Source: Selaginella moellendorffii
Lineage: Eukaryota > Plantae > Lycopodiophyta
Assembly (NCBI RefSeq): GCF_000143415.4
Contig: NW_003314337.1
Span: forward strand, 513,234 to 577,233
Direction of reading: 5' to 3'
DNA length: 64,000 nt
Below the pieces are notes generated by a model that did not search any database, was not told where the DNA came from, and worked only from the letters and a program-made list of their open reading frames with translations. The translations under genes and the position numbers were made by a program. This document shows positions 49,801-63,600 of the stretch, piece after piece; positions within the stretch are counted from its first letter, which is position 1; the number at the start of each line of letters is the position of its first letter.

Positions 49801-52800
49801 ACTTTGCTCAAAAACCATTCCATTTTCGAAAGCCAATACAAATTAGTGAAGGGGTTGGAGTTGACTTTGGTTAGCTTAGACCTTAGTATGTAGTTTGTAT
49901 GATGTGGCCCGAAAGGGATGCTGACTTTTGGGGCTATTGCAATTGAGTTGGATAGAGTCTGGAGTTAGTTGTAAGCGACTAATTTTTCCATTCTACTTTA
50001 GTCACTTAACCACACCTCCGACCACTTGGAGGAGTCTCATTCACAACCTCCATCAGTCCAATTCAGGACTTGGGACTTGCTAGCCCCAAGAATGGCATCC
50101 ATGCCACTCCACACTTGCACCTGGTCCAAGTGCTCCACGTGTCCGGTCCTGAGACCGACACCCAAAGGTACCACTGACATCTCGGCCCGTTACGCTAAGG
50201 CCATGCCCATTCACCTTTGCTGCACTAGTGGTTCAACACCACTTGCATCACCACCTCGTCTCTCCAAGACTGGGCCATGTGTCCACGAGGGGTCATCCTA
50301 GATCCACTCCTTAGCATCCTTAGGATGCCCACAGACCTGGGGAATTGCCTTCCCCAAAGTCCCTTTGTCAGTTCCTACCAAGTCCCTTTCTGCCCCTGGC
50401 TGTGTTTGCCAACACTGCCACTGGATCGAGGCCCACAGGCCCGACCACTAAGTCCCACGGTCCTCTGGGACTTCCTCACCACATGACTGTGTCCTTGGTC
50501 ACTACCCCAGAGGACTGCTCCTCTTCCTTTCCACAGTCTGGGCCTTTGGGACAACATTTTGGAACACCGTGGCCTTACACGAGCCACCTGGGTACTCTCC
50601 CCACCTATCGCCTTTAGGTGCTCTAGCCATGGGCTTAGAGCGAGGTTCCATTGAGCCACGCTTGGTATCCAAGTAGGTAGTGCCACCCACACTTGGACTG
50701 GGAGCATCGGCCAGTCGATCTCCCGGGGGAACTAGAGCCGGCTCTTGAACACTTCACCAAGCTACCCCGCTTGTCGGTCCGTATTCACTCTAGTCTTGGA
50801 CTTCCCAGTGGTCAGTTCATCACCCAACACTGGGTCTGGCCTTCCTGGGCCAAACTGGCCTTTCCTGGCCAAACTGGCTCCACTGCAGTCCTCCCCCTAC
50901 TATACTTTTGGAGCTCACCCAGGGTCTGGGAGACGAACGCTTTGGGCTTTCACCCTCTCAGGCTCCAGACTCGGACTTGGACTCGGACTCGGACTCGGAC
51001 TCAGATTCGGACTCGGACTCGGGCTCGGGCTCGGTCTTGGCCTCGGCCTCGGTCTCGGTCTCGGTCCCGGTCTCGGTTCCGGTCTCGGTCTCGACTTCGG
51101 ACTCCATCTCGGACTCCATCTTGGACTCCATCTCGGACTCCATCTCGGGTCCATCTCGGACTCCATCTCGGACTCCATCTTGGGTCCATCTCGGACTCCA
51201 TCTCGGACTCCATTTCGGGTCCATCTCGGGTCCACCTCGGACTCCATCTCGGACTCCATCTCGGACTCCATCTCGGGTCCATCTCGGACTCCATCTCGGA
51301 CTCCATTTCAGGTCCATCTCGGGTCCCCCTCGGACTCCATCTCGGACTCCATCTCGGACTTCATCTCGGGTCCATCTCGGACTCCACTTTGGACTCCAAC
51401 TCGGGTCCATCTCGGGTCCACCTCGAACTTCATCTCGGACTCCATCTCGGACTCCATCTCGGGTCCATCTCGGACACTCCCACGTGTCATGTGTTGGTCC
51501 TTTTGGGTCCCTTTTTGGAGCCTTGCCTTTTGCTCGCTTCGTGCTCGTTCCTCGAGCACTTCGTTGGGAGTTCCACTCCCGCTCTTGACTTTTCAAGTCG
51601 GAGCTTTTGGTCCAAACGTGTTACGCTCGTTTGGCTCTCGCTTCGGCCACTACCATGTGGCGCCCTTCCGGCTCCACTTTGGGGCCTAGGGATTTTGTGT
51701 CTCACAACTCCACCACCCATAGACGAAGTTCGATGTCCTCATCGAACGGTAAACCCTTTCATAAAGTAACACCCACATGTGTTACCATTTCCATCCTTGG
51801 CACCTAGCCAATCTTTGTCTATGGTTTGACATCAAAGGCTCACCATGCCTTGTCCATCCTTTAAGGAGTGTAGTCTCTCCAATTTAAAGACTGATTGGAC
51901 CACATGTAATGGTTCATCCTTTTATTGGTTTAGTTCTCGCTAAACCTCTTAGAGACCCTTCTCTAAGTCAATCCCACTACTCCTTCTCGAGTAGTCTCAA
52001 TTTCCATCGATATAACCTTTGCACTTTGGAACTTTGAATTTTTGACTTCTTGGAGTCAATTTCCTAGGTGTCTCCGACACCTTGCCTTGCACCTTTTGTG
52101 CAACTCCACTTCCCATCCTAGGAAGTTCTCTACTCGAGGGCACCATCATCCTCTCTTCTATTTCGTGCAAAAGTTCCAGTTATCATACTTTGTGCTAGGG
52201 CTGTTCATGGCCCTATCATTTGGCTACCTTACCGCTCCCTCCCTTGGAGCTTCCACTTTCGCCAACTCGGAGCATTTCGGAATCCCTCCTTGGAAACACA
52301 CTTCCTTTCCCGCAACTTGTTAGCGTCCAACACATTAGTGTTCCTCGCCTAACTTTGTCACTTGGATTCCTTCCAAGGGATTCCACGGCCCTATCTTGGC
52401 CACTCATCTTTTGCTCCTATCCGTTGATTGTTGCACCAAGCAACATCGAATCTCTACCTCCCTCCTTGAGGTATTGTTTCGGTTCCATAGCAAAGACTCT
52501 TCTTTGCCAAGTCCGGAGGACGTTCACCCCTAGTACGTCTCTTTAGCATCTTCTGCTATGGGCTCTATCCACGGCCCAACTTCATGACCCTCCCATGGGT
52601 CTTTTATAGAGATTACTTTCCTCGGACTCACTATGCCATCGCACGGACATAGTTTATTTCCCTTAGGTGCTCTTCCCACTTGGTTATCATGACCAAGCCA
52701 CACCACCTTAAACAGTTCAATTTCAACATTTTGAACCAAGAACTTTATTCCTTAGCCAACCAAGGACCTTGTCCTTATCTGGCCATAAGATCACCTAGTG

Positions 52801-55800
52801 ATCTCACCTTGGCACCTTAACAGAGTTGCCAAGAGGTACTTGGTTTTCTAGACCTCCAAGTTGTTGACTATAACCCCGGGGGCATCCCCCACACTTGGCG
52901 GTGCACCCAAGCTAGCCCTTACGGCCAAGGGTTCATAGCAACTGAGATTAGGTGTCCCCATCTCACTCACCACGACCTTGGTGCCACTTGCACCAAAGTG
53001 TTCAAGTTAGATATGCTGAGCTTTCACACTAAGCAATATAACCGTGTATCACGACTCCGAGGCATCCCTCGCTTGGCGGTGTGCCCAAACCAGTCTCCCC
53101 ACTGAGAGTCCATGACCACCGAAATATGAGTGTCCTCATATTCCAAACCATCACCACGCCCTAGTGATTTGGGACTCGAACCCAAGCACTAGAGGGTCGG
53201 GACTCGAACCCAACCTCCGTATATGCATCTACGGACGGCATCACACAAGATGCCTGGCGTGACTCCCCACGCCGGTGCACCAACTTATTTTTAAAGCGCA
53301 CTACAGATCACAGCTTGGGAACCTAGTTCCTCCACACTGCCAAGTCCTCTCACTTGACAAGTCTGTGATCATGCATGGACTCCTCTATGCTCGGCCCCAT
53401 GGCCCACCCTTTTTGAAGTTATCACCTTCAACTAGGGTATTTGTTCCCCCGACGTGCCAATCTCGCTTGGCAAGTCTTCCGACCACTATAACATGGTTCC
53501 TGCATAAGCGTGAAAGTCCTTGACCATCAACTTTCGTTCAAAGCCCTCTCTTTGAACACTCGGGAACTACTTCCCTAACCTTGATAGCCTTGCCTCATGG
53601 CAAGCTTCAAGACCACGCTTCTGCTGCGCCACTCTGATTTCGCGCGTTCCATGAACCATTTACACTTGGCCTTTCTAGGTACTAAGCTACCTAGAATTGT
53701 CTTTGGGAACCTTGAAGGAACTCTGTCCCTCAGCTTGCTAAGGCCTCCCTTTTTGCAAGCCTTTCAAATGCCACATAGTCTAACATGGACAATTCCATAT
53801 TTTAGACTCTCCATGGCATCACGGTTGCTAGCGGCAACACCCTCGAGCCCCCACTTGATTCTCCACTCCCAGCTAGCATAACCAACCTTGGTTATGCCCT
53901 TTGATTCCTACGGTTCAGTTCTATCCCTTTACTTCTTGCTTTTTGGCTTCACACCTTTCCTTTGGTCATTCTCCTCCAGACCAGGAGGATAGCTTTGCAC
54001 TTTCTATCATGCTTTAGCAAGTATTCTTAGGGATGAACCTACCCAATAGCCTAGGGAGTGGTTCCTCAATCCGGGTATGCTCACCTTATAATCCCACACA
54101 CTGGGATTACATTGTTGCTTATGGGCCTTTACATGCCCATCACTAGCCTTGCCAAAATTCCATCTTTGGCTTTGTCCAACTCGGGTAGACAGTCCTTTCC
54201 TGTCTCCGCAACCTTGGACATTTGGATAGCACCTTCTATCCATCATTCGCTAGGGACTTAGTCCCTTGGGCTTTATCCATTGCCCTCGCGACATCAAACA
54301 CCACCTTCTGGTGTTCTAGAGTGTTCGGGTGTCCCAATGATGGCTTTCTTGACAATGAGTATTTCCTTTTATGACATTGACTTACTATATCGCAACACAA
54401 GCAACTTATCCCCCGTGAGGGTATATCCAACTTCCCTATGCTATTAAGAAGTCTTGGGTAGCTACCTTCTACCTGTTTAACCAGTTATTTTGCACCTCTT
54501 GCTTAGTTGCCTCATAGTTGTCAAGTCCTACAACTCATTGCTTGGTGCTTTCACACCTCCATCATTATCTGGGTCACCACACTCCAACTGCATGCTCTGC
54601 AGCTTAGGCTATGCTATTCCCATTTCCATTGGGATTCCTTTGGCAAGGGGTTCTCATGAACCCACCAACATAGCCTCAAGGTATCACACCTTGGCACATT
54701 TGGTGTCTCCACACCATCGGCTCTACGAGCCTACCTCTATGACATTTCCCTTTCGTGTCTAAGTCTCTGCCAAGACCAACACCACTCTTTCTCATGCCAA
54801 CCATCCGTTAGCACTGCGCCATAGAGGTCACACACAACTTTATGTCAAAGTTGTTTTCTTCTGGGAACACCTTTCCCATAACTTTAGCATGGCATATTTT
54901 GCCATCGATGAGATACCCTCTGTTCTCATCTTTGGATCCTATGATCCCCCCCCATCCTTTGTGGGGTACAACACACCTCAGTCCAAATGCTTCCATCAGT
55001 CCTTTTAAGACCATCCGTTGACTCTACTTGAGTCATCCAGCGGTTTTGGACTTCGTTAATCCACAGACCTGTAAGGTCCTACTTGTGAGGCACTAGCTCA
55101 CTGGAATACACTTCTTGCATTCTTGTCCTCACTCAAAAGGACTATTTTCACAAGTGTTACTCCGACACTTGATTTTGTTCTCTGGGGGTAACCTTTGCCC
55201 CTTAGGACTACTTGTCCATGTGATGAGAACACCAACTCATCCACTTAATACACCCCCAACTCCTGGGGTTGTTCCAGCATTTATTAGAGGTAGCCTCGGC
55301 TACCTTTTCAAGGACTTGAGTCCTCTTCCGTATGTGACCTCCCACGGTCATTACTTCTGGTCTCACATTCATGAGCACCAACCTCAACTTTATGAGGAAA
55401 ATCTTGTGACTCCTTTATTGCTTTGGAGTCTTTATCTTTCCCGTGATCCCAACTGTAATTGTTTACCATAACTACATTAGCCAGTTTGCTAAGTCAAACG
55501 CTCATCTGGATCACATCCTCAACTCTTTGAGGAAAACCATATACTGTTCCCAAGATCCCAAAGTCGTTCCATTATTGACCCTTTTCTATCCACCACCTCG
55601 TCTACAAGTTCACACATGAACTGTAATGGAGAGCCATGTCTTCCCGACTTGCTACTCCTCAAGGATAGGCCCACTCCTCGGACCTTCCGATGCCAACACT
55701 AGTGGTGATATACTTGAGCACCAATAAAAGTCGGACTAAGGAACAGCTCCGATACCAAATTGTAAGTGACTAATTTTTCCATTCTACTTTAGTCACTTAA

Positions 55801-58800
55801 CCACACCTCCGACCACTTGGAGGAGTCTCATTCACAACCTCCATCAGTCCAATTCAGGACTTGGGACTTGCTAGCCCCAAGAATGGCATCCATGCCACTC
55901 CACACTTGCACCTGGTCCAAGTGCTCCACGTGTCCGGTCCTGAGACCGACACCCAAAGGTACCACTGACATCTCGGCCCGTTACGCTAAGGCCATGCCCA
56001 TTCACCTTTGCTGCACTAGTGGTTCAACACCACTTGCATCACCACCTCGTCTCTCCAAGACTGGGCCATGTGTCCACGAGGGGTCATCCTAGATCCACTC
56101 CTTAGCATCCTTAGGATGCCCACAGACCTGGGGAATTGCCTTCCCCAAAGTCCCTTTGTCAGTTCCTACCAAGTCCCTTTCTGCCCCTGGCCGTGTTTGC
56201 CAACACTGCCACTGGATCGAGGCCCACAGGCCCGACCACTAAGTCCCACGGTCCTCTGGGACTTCCTCACCACACGACTGTGTCCTTGGTCACTACCCCA
56301 GAGGACTGCTCCTCTTCCTTTCCACAGTCTGGGCCTTTGGGACAACATTTTGGAACACCGTGGCCTTACACGAGCCACCTGGGTACTCTCCCCACCTATC
56401 GCCTTTTGGTGCTCTAGCCATGGGCTTAGAGCGAGGTTCCATTGAGCCACGCTTGGTATCCAAGTAGGTAGTGCCACCCACACTTGGACTGGGAGCATCG
56501 GCCAGTCGATCTCCCGGGGGAACTAGAGCCGGCTCTTGAACACTTCACCAAGCTACCCCGCTTGTCGGTCCGTATTCACTCTAGTCTTGGACTTCCCAGT
56601 GGTCAGTTCATCACCCAACACTGGGTCTGGCCTTCCTGGGCCAAACTGGCCTTTCCTGGCCAAACTGGCTCCACTGCAGTCCTCCCCCTACTATACTTTT
56701 GGAGCTCACCAAACCCCCCAGGGTCTGGGAGACGAACGCTTTGGGCTTTCACCCTCTCAGGCTCCAGACTCGGACTCGGACTCGGACTCGGACTCGGACT
56801 CGGATTCGGACTCGGACTCGGGCTCGGGCTCGGTCTTGGCCTCGGCCTCGGTCTCGGTCTCGGTCCCGGTCTCGGTTCCGGTCTCGGTCTCGACTTCGGA
56901 CTCCATCTCGGACTCCATCTCGGACTCCATCTCGGGTCCATCTCGGGTCCATCTCGGACTCCATCTCGGACTCCATCTCGGGTCCATCTCGGACTCCATC
57001 TCGGACTCCATTTCGGGTCCATCTCGGGTCCACCTCGGACTCCATCTCGGACTCCATCTCGGACTCCATCTCGGGTCCATCTCGGACTCCATCTCGGACT
57101 CCATTTCGGGTCCATCTCGGGTCCACCTCGGACTCCATCTCGGACTCCATCTCGGACTCCATCTCGGGTCCATCTCGGACTCCACTTTGGACTCCAACTC
57201 GGGTCCATCTCGGGTCCACCTCGGACTTCATCTCGGACTCCATCTCGGACTCCATCTCGGGTCCATCTTGGACACTCCCACGTGTCATGTGTTGGTCCTT
57301 TTGGGTCCCTTTTTGGAGCCTTGCCTTTTGCTCGCTTCGTGCTCGTTCCTCGAGCACTTCGTTGGGAGTTCCACTCCCGCTCTTGACTTTTCAAGTCGGA
57401 GCTTTTGGTCCAAACGTGTTACGCTCGTTTGGCTCTCGCTTCGGCCACTACCATGTAGTGCCCTTCCGGCTCCACTTTGGGGCCTAGGGATTTTGTGTCT
57501 CACATTAGTGTAGAAAAGTGGCCGTTGCACTTTTCTAGAAAGGTGACCCTTGTGCCTTTCTTTTGTAGCGTTATGCTTGGTGGTAGGTTGCACTTTGCAT
57601 TTCGTTAGACTCTATGAGAGTAGTGAGCTCTCACTGATCTTTACTTGGTCTTGGTGGCTCTGCGCCTTGGCTGAGGATGGTGATGTTCAACTTCGTTCTT
57701 TGAGTTTGAGATGTTGGTACCCGTACTATAGCTTTGTCCATGAGGAGGTTGTGTACCGATATGGATCCATCTCATGGTTTTCACTTTAGTTTCAGCTGAG
57801 TGTTGATCATGCATAGCTAGCCTCTTCAAGGCATGCTCAGAGCTATTAGTTAAATGCTTTGGTGGGCTTATCGTGGTTGAGTTGGATTTGAGTGGTCATT
57901 TGGTTTGTGCTTGTCTATGAACTTTTATCTCATACCGGAGGTATCACGTTTATGTTGGACAAGTGTATGACTCAATGACGTGAGTTTAGTGTTTGGGTCT
58001 TGTGAAGGCAAGTTGAAAGAGTGATTGTTAGTTGCTTTGCGACTAGTGATTACTTGTAGACTTTGTCAAAGGCTTTTGACACTTGCTTCGCTTGATGATG
58101 ATTTAGCAGTGATGGGCTTGCTTTATCGGATGGGGTTGCGGAGGATCATGTCGTTAGACTTACATGGGTTTTCCATGTTGGCATATCGACTCTACCTCTG
58201 TTGATATCATTTGGTTGCGTTTAGTTCGTGGTGTTGGATTTCATTGAGTCTGGACGTGGTGAATCACTCCTTGATGATGTGTTATCCGTACCTGAGTAAT
58301 GTTGAAGAATTGGTCTCGGATACTGAGTAAAGTATCTTCGACCTTAGTTAGCTTAGTTGCTAGAGAGTTTTGAGTGGTGATACACTCGTGCTTTCTTCTC
58401 GCTTTGTTCTGGTGTTGATGGCATTGAAGTGATGCCTTGTCATTGACATTGTTGATATTGAGATTTCAGTGAAATGAGATGTCTCTCCGCAAGATTGATG
58501 TCGAGTTTCATTAGTCTTAATGAAGATAGTGTTAATGATTTGGCTATGGCTTGTGTTATTGGCATTGGTGCATTTGCTAGTTAGCAACTATTTTGACATT
58601 CAAACAAACTGAGTGACAAGTTGAGTTAGTTGTGTTCTAGACGAGATTATTTAGTAAAGGTTGAGATTTGGCTTTTCCTTGAAAAGTGATTCAGTCATGG
58701 ACAATGCTAACTCTACAAGTAGAAGAGTTAGTGATTGATATTGGAATGTTTGAATCCTTATTGGATTTGAGTTGGAATATATCGATTATTGATGGTTCTT

Positions 58801-59114
58801 CTTGTGCTTGTTATGAAGTGAGTTACATCTTGCTATAGATGGATTCATGGAGGATCGTTTGGTGATCACTTATCGAGCATAACTTTGTTATGCTTAGCTT
58901 TTGGATTGATGCAGGCATGCTCTTCATTAGCTTTGCATTATGAAGTTTAGCTTATAGATGTGTTGAGGAAAATGTTGTGCATAATTTCTTCTTTAGCATT
59001 AAAGTTAGTTCATGTGAGACTTGTGATCATTGTTAGGAAAGACTTGGCTATAGACTCCTTCGAGCTTTTGGTTCTTTGAGTTTTATGCTCGTTGTTCCAT
59101 TTGTTAGAAGTTGT
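46817..59114 (+). mobile_element. LTR element family C: 5' LTR 46817-47970, PBS 47973-47983, degenerate interior interrupted by a family A element
   Basis: TGTCGCGC...GCGCTACA followed by TTTGGTATCAGAG. GT-rich ORF-less interior at 47984-49969 and 57505-59114. Confidence 0.8.
49970..57504 (-). mobile_element. Complete non-autonomous LTR retrotransposon, family A, copy 2
   Basis: LTRs 55761-57504 (5') and 49970-51706 (3'); PBS 55746-55757; PPT-like tract 51707-51718; TSD TTAGT at 49965-49969 and 57505-57509. LTRs are nearly identical outside the arrays. Confidence 0.96.
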
Positions 59115-59881
59115 TTGCGTGCCTGTCCTTGTTCTGCGTCCGGCTTGGGTCTAAGCCCAAGTTCCATTCCATGCTAGCTAGTGGAGTACCCATATCCTCA
59201 GCAGGAGCTAGACTATGCCTCAGATTGGTCGGCCATGCCCGACCTACCCACTATCCCTACTATACATTTGGAACCCCCCCCCCCCCCCCTTGAGGAACAC
59301 ACGCTTTGGGCTTTCACCCCAAGCCTCCCTTAGTATCAGGAGTTAGTCTCTGGGACAAGCTCGAAACTTACTAAATATGGAATGTCCTTAGATTGCGAAT
59401 TTGGACACGGGACGAACACCATTGTGTTCAGGCCAATCTCTACATTCCGTAGATATGCCAAATGAGCAAATCTGGACACTTTCCATAAATAGCATTTGGG
59501 ACCGAAATGAGACTAACACAAAGGGCATGATAGCGAGGGTGTTTAGTAGACACGGTAAGCTATCATCCAGCGATATTGAGGGACCAATCTCAATACGCGA
59601 GGGTTCTTGTCAAGCCAATGCAAGACAGAGCAAAAGAGAACTAAAAAGCCAGGCCAAGTATGCTTGGCTAAATAGACACTTAGGAATTCCGTCCTTATGC
59701 TCATCTGGCCAAGTACAGATGCAAAGTCTAGTTTACTAACACTTGAACAAGAGGGGCTGATAAAGGGTCCAGCAATACCGACCTCCTACCATCGTGGTAG
59801 TAAGGTAAGAGTGTCCGTAAGGACTGGTTGACAGGTAACTTTTGATACCCGAAGTCACATGTGCAACACTCTCCCCCCCTA
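59115..59881 (-). mobile_element. Rearranged partial family C 3' LTR with PPT
   Basis: 59201-59868 is the reverse complement of 46817-47496. 59115-59200 is a direct copy of 47497-47582. PPT AGGGGGGGAGAG on the minus strand at 59869-59880. Confidence 0.88.
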
Positions 59882-60621
59882 GGGAAGATTGACGTCCTCG
59901 TCGATGCATACTCGAGTCTAGAATACCGTCAAAAGCTCTATTTCGTTAAAGTGGGATTTATTCAGTAAAATGGGACTAGGTACAAATTTTCAAGTATTTG
60001 AAAATGACGTGAAATTATATGTTTTTTGTCCAGGGGCTAGACATATCTGGGGCATGGTGACTAGCGTGGTGACTTTGTGTCCAGACTGAGTCCATCTGGT
60101 TGTATAATAAATCTCATTGTCAAGGTGAACAAGCCGAATCTAAAGCTAAAGAAGAGCGATGGCATGCGCACACACACTATTTGTTTGTTCATTGAGCGTG
60201 TGGTGAGCTTTCCAAGATGAACGTCATTCCTATTAGCCAGACATATAACTTAATGGTGAGAACATTTAGATATTATTCAATGTTATCTTTTTCTAACGAA
60301 TCTAATTGTGAAGGTGTAGCAAGAGGCATTGCTAGTCTGGAGAAGTCATTTAACTCATTTGACCCTTAGTGTATTTTCATGAAACTAAATAACATTCATA
60401 TTATTAAGGAATTTCTCTAGTACCTTTTTTTTACGACATAGAGGCTTGCATTTCTTTCAAAGGTGATTTAGTAAAAGGCCTGAGGGCACATGCCATTCTA
60501 TTTCTCAGACCAGTATTAAGATATACTAGTGCAAAGGGCCACATGCCATCACGCCTCCTCTGATTCAGATTCGGATTGTTCACCTTGAAATAAAATACAT
60601 TAGAAACTTAGTAAAGGAATA

Positions 60622-63600
60622 TTAAGATATCTCACCTTGAACCCGGGTTATGAATGCTCTTGCTGCATCTCTTGCATGGTCTGGCAAGGTGATGGTGGCA
60701 CTCTGCTTCTGCATCCAACCATGCACAACATTATCCACCGATATGCTCATGCTGGGATCCCTTGGATTCAGCACCCATTTCTTTTCTAGGGAATCCTTCG
60801 TATATCCGGAACTTGGCTTGAACCACTCCACAGTTACATTGAAGGAGTTAGTTTCTACGTCCTCCTCTGCATCAGTGATGCAGCGCCCCACCCATATCAT
60901 TTGTTTTTTATTACTGGGTCTGACAAGCACGACCATTCCTTTGCAGACCTGTACTGGATTGAATGCTGAATCCGGCTTCTTGTTCCTCGGCCCACAATAG
61001 TGATCCTCAACATCGTTATCTGTCACTGCATTTCTAGAGGACATTTTTTCGCTACTATCTGGTGCTTTGGGTTCTGGCCAAAAGGACTCTTCCAATTCTT
61101 CATATACAACCGGCCCATTTTGGATAGCAGATATAATCTTCTCCCAGTATTCGAGCAAAGGCTTGCACCTCTTAAAATAGGATTCTCCACCAAACACCAA
61201 CCCCCTCTTCCAGAAGGCAATATGCTGTCTAATCCCGGCCACTATACTTTCCTGGTCTTTGAGTCCATCCGGGTGCATCGGCCGTGGGGAACCCTGAGGA
61301 ATCATAGGTTCCCCAGTTATGGGATCTCTCTTGAAGAGTTCAATGCCATCCACTGGCAGCCACACTGTGTCCCATTCTCTCATCTTGTACCTCATCACTG
61401 GAGCACCGTCACGCATGATGAAATGAAACTGAAGAGGCTTGGAGTGGCCAATCAGCGTTTCGGATCCGTCCCTGATGTAGCCTCTTACAAACCCCTTAAA
61501 GTCTGGAACCTCTGTCACAAGTGCAGCTTCAACAGTGCCTTGTGAGACACAAAATCCCTAGGCCCCAAAGTGGAGCCGGAAGGGCGCCACATGGTAGTGG
61601 CCGAAGCGAGAGCCAAACGAGCGTAACACGTTTGGACCAAAAGCTCCGACTTGAAAAGTCAAGAGCGGGAGTGGAACTCCCAACGAAGTGCTCGAGGAAC
61701 GAGCACGAAGCGAGCAAAAGGCGAGGCTCCAAAAAGGGACCCAAAAGGACCAACACATGACATGTGGGAGTGTCCGAGATGGAGTCCGAAGTGGAGTCCG
61801 AGGTGGACCCGAGTTGGAGTCCGAAGTGGAGTCCGAAATGGACCCGAGATGGAGTCCGAGATGGAGTCCGAGATGGAGTCCGAGATGGACCCGAGATGGA
61901 CCCGAAATGGAGTCCGAGATGGAGTCCGAGATGGACCCGAGATGGACTCGAGATGGAGTCCGAGATGGAGTCCAAGATGGAGTCCGAGATGGACCCAAGA
62001 TGGAGTCCGAGATGGAGTCCGAGATGGACCCGAGATGGAGTCCGAGATGGAGCCTGAGATGGAGTCCGAGATGGAGCCTGAGATGGAGTCCGAGATGGAG
62101 TCCGAAGTCGAGACCGAGACCGGGACCGAGACCGAGACGAGACCGAGACCGAGATCGGGACCGAGACCGAGACCGAGGCCGAGGCCGAGACCGAGCCCGA
62201 GCCTGAGTCCGAGTCCGAATCCGAATCCGAGTCCGAGTCCGAGTCCGGAGCCTGAGAGGGTGAAAGCCCAAAGCGTTCGTCTCCCAGACCCTGGGGGGTT
62301 CGGTGAGCTCCAAAAGTATAGTAGGGGGAGGACTGCAGTGGAGCCAGTTTGGCCAGGAAAGGCCAGTTTGGCCCAGGAAGGCCAGACCCAGTGTTGGGTG
62401 ATGAACTGACCACTGGGAAGTCCAAGACTAGAGTTAATATGGACCGACAAGCAGGGTAGCTTGGTGAAGTGTTCAAGAGCCGGCTCTAGTTCCCCCGGGA
62501 GATCGACTGGCCGATGCTCCCAATCCAAGTGTGGGTGGCACTACCTACTTGGATACCAGGCGTGGCTCAACGGAACCTCACTCTAAGCCCATGGCTAGAG
62601 CACCTAAAGGCGATAGGTGGGGAGAGTACCTAGGTGGCTCGCGTAAGGCCACGTTGTTCCAAAATGTCGTCCCAAAGGCCCAGACTGTGGAAAGGAAGAG
62701 GAGCAGTCCTCTGGGGTAGTGACCAAGGACACAGTCGTGTGGTGAGGAAGTCCCAGAGGACCGTGGGACTTAGTGGTCGGGCCTGTGGGCCTCGATCCAG
62801 TGGCAGTGTTGGCAAACACGGCCAGGGGCAGAAAGGGACTTGGTAGGAACTGACAAAGGGACTTTGGGGAAGGCGATTCCCCAGGTCTGTGGGCATCCTA
62901 AGGATGCTAAGGAGTGGATCTAGGATGACCCCTCGTAGACAGATGGCCCAGTCTTGGAGAGACGGGATGGTGATGCAAGTGGTATTGGACCATTTGCGCA
63001 GCAAAGGTGAATGGGCATGGCCTTAGCATAACGGGCCGAGATGTCAGTGGTACCTTTGGGTGTCGGTCATGGGATCGGACACGTGGAGCACTTGGACCAA
63101 GTGCAAAGGTTGAGTGGCATGGATGCCATTCTCGGGGCTAGCAAGCCCCAAGTCCTGAATGGGACTTATGGAGGTTGTGAATGAGACTCCTCCAAGTGGT
63201 CGGAGGTGTGGTTAAGTGACTAAAGTAGAATGGAAAAATTAGTCGCTTACATGCCTTTGATGCAATTTTGGAATTCATCGTAGAGTTGTGGGAGGGTGAG
63301 GACATTGGATCGCCGGAGGGACTCTGCCAGGTGACTGAACATGGCATCGACGTCTTCATGAGTGTGCCCAACCATGAGAAAGCCAAGTGTAACCGTTTCA
63401 AATATGCCTTTGGCAACAAGCATCGCCAAGTACGCGAAGACATACATGTTTTTGTTCTCACTGCCAGCATTGTCTGTTTGGAGCAGAAGATGGGGTGGAA
63501 GGCCACATCGGCCGCAAGAACTTCCTTGAGATTCTGCTTCGTTTGGATGAGGCTGTGCATTCACCGGGCGACCAGCCTCGTCGGAATGGCATGAGGCCTC

